From: Patescibacteria group bacterium
Lineage (GTDB): Bacteria; Patescibacteriota; Patescibacteriia; Patescibacteriales; UBA12465
Direction: 5' to 3'
NCBI GenBank assembly: GCA_023229115.1
Contig: JALNZW010000004.1
Span: 40,197 to 104,196 of the forward strand
Length of the DNA stretch: 64,000 nucleotides
This document shows, one piece after another, positions 60,865 to 64,000 of this stretch. Within the stretch, counting starts at the first letter, position 1. The number at the start of each line of letters is the position of its first letter. A model generated the notes under the pieces. That model was not told where the DNA came from and made no database searches. It saw nothing but the letters and a program-made list of their open reading frames with translations. A program made the translations under genes and the position numbers.

Positions 60865-61575
60865 ATGCTATCAATAGTTATCCCAACTTTAAATGAAGAA
60901 AAATATTTAGGAGCTTTATTAGATTTAATTAAAAAACAGTCTTTTTTGGATTATGAAATAATAGTTTCTGATGGGTTGTCTGAAGATAAAACCTTGGAAA
61001 TTGCTCAAAAATATAACTGTAAGATTGTTATTGGAGAAAAAGATAAAAGACATCCATCTATTCAGAGAAATCTCGGCGCTAAAATAGCTGCTGAAAAATA
61101 CATTCTTTTTTTAGATGCTGATACCAGATTTTATGATCAAAATTTTTTTCAAAAAATAATTAGCGATTTTGAAAAAAGAAGATTGGGGGTCGCCGGGTTT
61201 TATATGGATTTTGAATCTAAAAAATTTTTTTATAAATTTTATTATTGTTTTTATAATTTTTTTACATTTTTAGCTCAATACATAAGGCCAATAGGTTTGG
61301 GGGCAGCAATTATTGTTAAAAAAGAAATACATGATAAAATTGGCGGTTTTAGAGAAGATTTGTTTATTGGAGAAGATCAATATTATTGTGATCAGGCTGC
61401 TAGAACTTCTAAATTTAGATTAATTAAAAAAACAAAAATATTTTTCTCTATTAGAAGGTTTGAAAAAGATGGGAGATGGAAATTGTTTTTTAAGATTTTA
61501 TATGGCACTCTTTATGTTTTGCTTTTTGGACCTATTAAAAAGAAAATAATGCAATATGATTTTGGAAAATATTAA
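60865..61575 (+). CDS. Glycosyltransferase family 2
   Basis: LSIVIPTLNEEKYL at the N-terminus and a DAD motif (FLDADTRF). Confidence 0.8.
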   Translation: MLSIVIPTLNEEKYLGALLDLIKKQSFLDYEIIVSDGLSEDKTLEIAQKYNCKIVIGEKDKRHPSIQRNLGAKIAAEKYILFLDADTRFYDQNFFQKIISDFEKRRLGVAGFYMDFESKKFFYKFYYCFYNFFTFLAQYIRPIGLGAAIIVKKEIHDKIGGFREDLFIGEDQYYCDQAARTSKFRLIKKTKIFFSIRRFEKDGRWKLFFKILYGTLYVLLFGPIKKKIMQYDFGKY

Positions 61576-61592
61576 AGCAAATTATTTGTAAT

Positions 61593-61625
61593 AAAAAAAA
61601 CGAGCTTTTGGCTCGTTATTTTTTT
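61593..61625. terminator. Bidirectional terminator
   Basis: Stem ACGAGC/GCTCGT (61600-61605 / 61611-61616) with loop TTTTG, flanked by an A-run and a T-run. Confidence 0.75.
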
Positions 61626-61876
61626 AATAGAAAAAACAAATAGTAACCAATTAAAGTTGTTACTCCAATAGTTGCTATAAATTTTAACCCGAAACCACTT
61701 CCCAGAGAAATTCTAGCGATGCTTGTTATTATTATTGCAATAACAAGTGCATTATCTCCTTTTTTGGTAAGATTTATTGATATGAGTGGTAGCAAGTGCT
61801 CTATTAAAAAAGATGTTAGAAAGCCGGAACTAAAACCGATAGCTCCTAAAGCTAAAAAAACATTTAAATTTTCCAT
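61616..61876 (-). CDS. Small membrane protein, hypothetical
   Basis: 86 aa with three hydrophobic segments. Confidence 0.5.
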   Translation of the reverse strand: MENLNVFLALGAIGFSSGFLTSFLIEHLLPLISINLTKKGDNALVIAIIITSIARISLGSGFGLKFIATIGVTTLIGYYLFFLLKK

Positions 61877-61896
61877 TTTAAAGAACTTTTTTGTTT

Positions 61897-63273
61897 CTAA
61901 TTCTCGATTATTTTTATTATTTCTTTTTTTCTTTCTTCCATTACTTTTTTGTTTATAGCTTCTAGATTTAATCTCATTTTGTTTTCAGTATTAGACGCCC
62001 TGACATTAAACCAAAAATCATTAAAAACAACACTCAGTCCATCTAGTTTATTAATTTTACCTTTTTTATATTTTTTTTCAAGAGACTTAAATATTTTTTC
62101 TTTGTTTTTAACTTCTTTGTTTATTTCTCCTGAATGAAAATATTTTTTATATTTTTTAATTTGTTCAGAAATATCTTCTTGTTTATTGGAAAATTCTTCT
62201 AATAATTTTAAAATAACTATGTTTGGTATTTCAAAACAACCAATAGCCATATTTAAAAAGAAGTGACCTGAAGACTCTCCAGAAAAATAAATATTTTCTT
62301 TCAACATTTGTTCTTTGATTAAAGAGTGGCCCACCCTAGTTTTTACTGGTTTTCCTTTATTCTCTAAAATTAAATCTTCAGTTATTTTTCCAGGCCTGAC
62401 ATCAAAGCCAATTTTTGATTTAGGCTTTTCTTTTAGAAACAGTTTTGCTAACAAGCCCCTAATAATTGCCTGATCAATTAATTCACCCTTGTTGTCTATA
62501 AAGAATATTCGATCACCATCACCATCAGTGGTTATTCCTAGATCGGCTTTTTGTTTTAAAACTTCTTTTTTTATTTCTTTTATGTTTTCTTCTTTAAGTG
62601 GGTCAGCTTCGTGAGCCGGAAAATTTCCATCTAATTTAAAATTTATTTTAATCAATTTTACTGGTAAGTATTTAAAAAGTTCATTTATAAATAGAGAGCC
62701 AACAGCATTGGCTGGATCAGCTACTATTTTAAATGGTTTTATTTTCTTTATTTTGACATGTTTTAAGTCATGTTTGATTTGATCTTGCAAAACATTCTTT
62801 TTCTTAGTTAGTAGGCCTTTTTTATTTGCTTTTTTTAATTTAGAGTTCAATATTTTTTCTTTTAAAAATTCTATTCCAGTGTTTCCGCTAATTGGAATAG
62901 CTTTTTCTCTGGTTAATTTAAAACCATTCCATTCTTTAGGATTGTGTGAAGCACTAACCATTATTCCTCCATCATATTTATACTTAGCTACGGCAAAATA
63001 AAAAGTAGGAGTTGCATTCATTCCAATGTCTATAACGTCAGCTCCAGCATCAAGTAAGCCATTTATTAAATGTTTTTTCAAAGACGGGGATGATAGTCTC
63101 ATGTCCGAAGAAACAACTATTTTTAATTTCTTTATTTGTTTTTTATTTTTTAAATCTTTTTTTCGAAGCTCAATATAGGCTAATCCCAAATCGTAAGCAG
63201 TTTTTTCATCTAAATCTTTTTTATATATTCCTCTAATATCATAAGCTTTGAATATTGATGGATTTGTTTGCAT
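61897..63273 (-). CDS. Phosphomannomutase/phosphoglucomutase
   Basis: Active-site loop GIMVSASHNPKEWNGFK, metal loop TTDGDGDR and sugar-binding GESSGH. Confidence 0.9.
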   Translation of the reverse strand: MQTNPSIFKAYDIRGIYKKDLDEKTAYDLGLAYIELRKKDLKNKKQIKKLKIVVSSDMRLSSPSLKKHLINGLLDAGADVIDIGMNATPTFYFAVAKYKYDGGIMVSASHNPKEWNGFKLTREKAIPISGNTGIEFLKEKILNSKLKKANKKGLLTKKKNVLQDQIKHDLKHVKIKKIKPFKIVADPANAVGSLFINELFKYLPVKLIKINFKLDGNFPAHEADPLKEENIKEIKKEVLKQKADLGITTDGDGDRIFFIDNKGELIDQAIIRGLLAKLFLKEKPKSKIGFDVRPGKITEDLILENKGKPVKTRVGHSLIKEQMLKENIYFSGESSGHFFLNMAIGCFEIPNIVILKLLEEFSNKQEDISEQIKKYKKYFHSGEINKEVKNKEKIFKSLEKKYKKGKINKLDGLSVVFNDFWFNVRASNTENKMRLNLEAINKKVMEERKKEIIKIIEN

Positions 63274-63281
63274 AAGCTTAA

Positions 63282-64000
63282 TTATTTATTTTTAATTATA
63301 AAATAGAAGGCCCCTAGCCCAACTATTATTGAAATTAAAGAAAAAAACCAACCAACAAATGATAATGAAAAAATTAAAAAAGAAACGAAAACTCCACCCA
63401 ATATTTTTAAGTAATCAGATATTTTTTCTTTTTTTATTAATTTAAAAATATAATCTCCAACTAAAATAGCAATTAATATCCTACTTAAGAAAATAGCCAA
63501 AAGCCAAATCACTAAACTGATAAGAGCTACTGGGAAGGCTATTATTGTGATTGCTATTAAGAAAAAGGCTATTGGTCCTAATAATAAAATAATTGAGCCT
63601 GGCAATATTAAGTTTTGTTTTTTTTCTAAAATTATTTTTTTAAATTTATCTACTTTATTTTTAAATAATTTATTTAAAAGAATGGCCACTAAAAATGATG
63701 ATAAAATTAAATAAATAGTTTTGCTTGTTTTGTTGGTTGATTGATTTTGTTTTTCTGGTAGTCTGTGTGTTGTTTTCCCTTTAACAACTTCATCTTTTAA
63801 TTTGGCTGGGTTTCCACTTTTATATTCTAAGTTTCCGCTGACAATGGCTGATTCTCCGAACTCTAAACTACTAGAATATTTTTTTCTTTTAATATTGTCG
63901 GTGACTAAATTAATATTTTTTTCTACTTGACCATTTATTAATGAGTTATAAGATCCTCCGTGAACACTTCCTCCAATTTTTCCGTTTAATTCTAGCCCAA
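63282..64000 (-). CDS. Beta-helix-repeat (bactofilin-like) domain + 4-TM membrane protein, 5'-truncated by window edge
   Basis: The frame stays open from 63689 to nt 64000 (my translation: GLELNGKIGGSVHGGSYNSLINGQVEKNINLVTDNIK...GESAIVSGNLEYKSGNPAKL...). The track ORF at 63282-63689 is only the GTG-initiated C-terminal membrane part. Confidence 0.55.
   Translation of the reverse strand, partial: GLELNGKIGGSVHGGSYNSLINGQVEKNINLVTDNIKRKKYSSSLEFGESAIVSGNLEYKSGNPAKLKDEVVKGKTTHRLPEKQNQSTNKTSKTIYLILSSFLVAILLNKLFKNKVDKFKKIILEKKQNLILPGSIILLLGPIAFFLIAITIIAFPVALISLVIWLLAIFLSRILIAILVGDYIFKLIKKEKISDYLKILGGVFVSFLIFSLSFVGWFFSLISIIVGLGAFYFIIKNK

Overview
This is a strongly AT-rich, gene-dense bacterial chromosome segment that reads cleanly with the standard code. 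I support about 75 protein genes and 10 tRNAs. I recognised no rRNA, no CRISPR array and no transposase or integrase ORF. The style suggests a Candidate Phyla Radiation / Patescibacteria (Parcubacteria-like) genome, which is inference only. Supporting features are tiny intergenic gaps, near absence of Shine-Dalgarno motifs, many small secreted or membrane proteins, an expanded VirB2/TrbC-like pilin family, a type IV pilin fusion and sparse metabolism (ppsA, alpha-glucan phosphorylase, PMM). The window covers the replication-origin neighbourhood: rpmH-rnpA-yidD-yidC on the minus strand, dnaA-dnaN on the plus strand, and a box-rich dnaA-dnaN spacer. Housekeeping genes include efp (5' truncated), lgt, lspA, smc, truB, rplS, PBP1A, a P-type ATPase, a ComM/YifB-like ATPase and two envelope-glycan gene clusters. 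The main leads are:
1. A tandem operon-like array of seven VirB2/TrbC-like pilin paralogs, plus an eighth 5 kb away, with no secretion machinery nearby. One member looks like a highly expressed major subunit and one carries an acidic Cys-rich C-terminal domain.
2. An ECF sigma / membrane anti-sigma-like / secreted Cys-rich peptide module. An identical promoter motif, GAAATAAAAA-N12-CGTATAA, precedes both the sigma gene and the peptide gene.
3. Two homologous GC-rich elements of about 180-200 bp lying directly 3' of tRNA-Asp and tRNA-Val. Each ends in a copy of that tRNA's 3' end, exact for Asp and AT-decayed for Val.
4. A shared perfect palindrome (TGTTCTACGTAGAACA core) bracketing a GNAT gene.
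5. An H1-like Lys/Ala repeat protein next to smc.
6. A type IV pilin fused to a FISUMP domain beside dnaA.
All homology statements are by-eye motif recognition. No database search was run.
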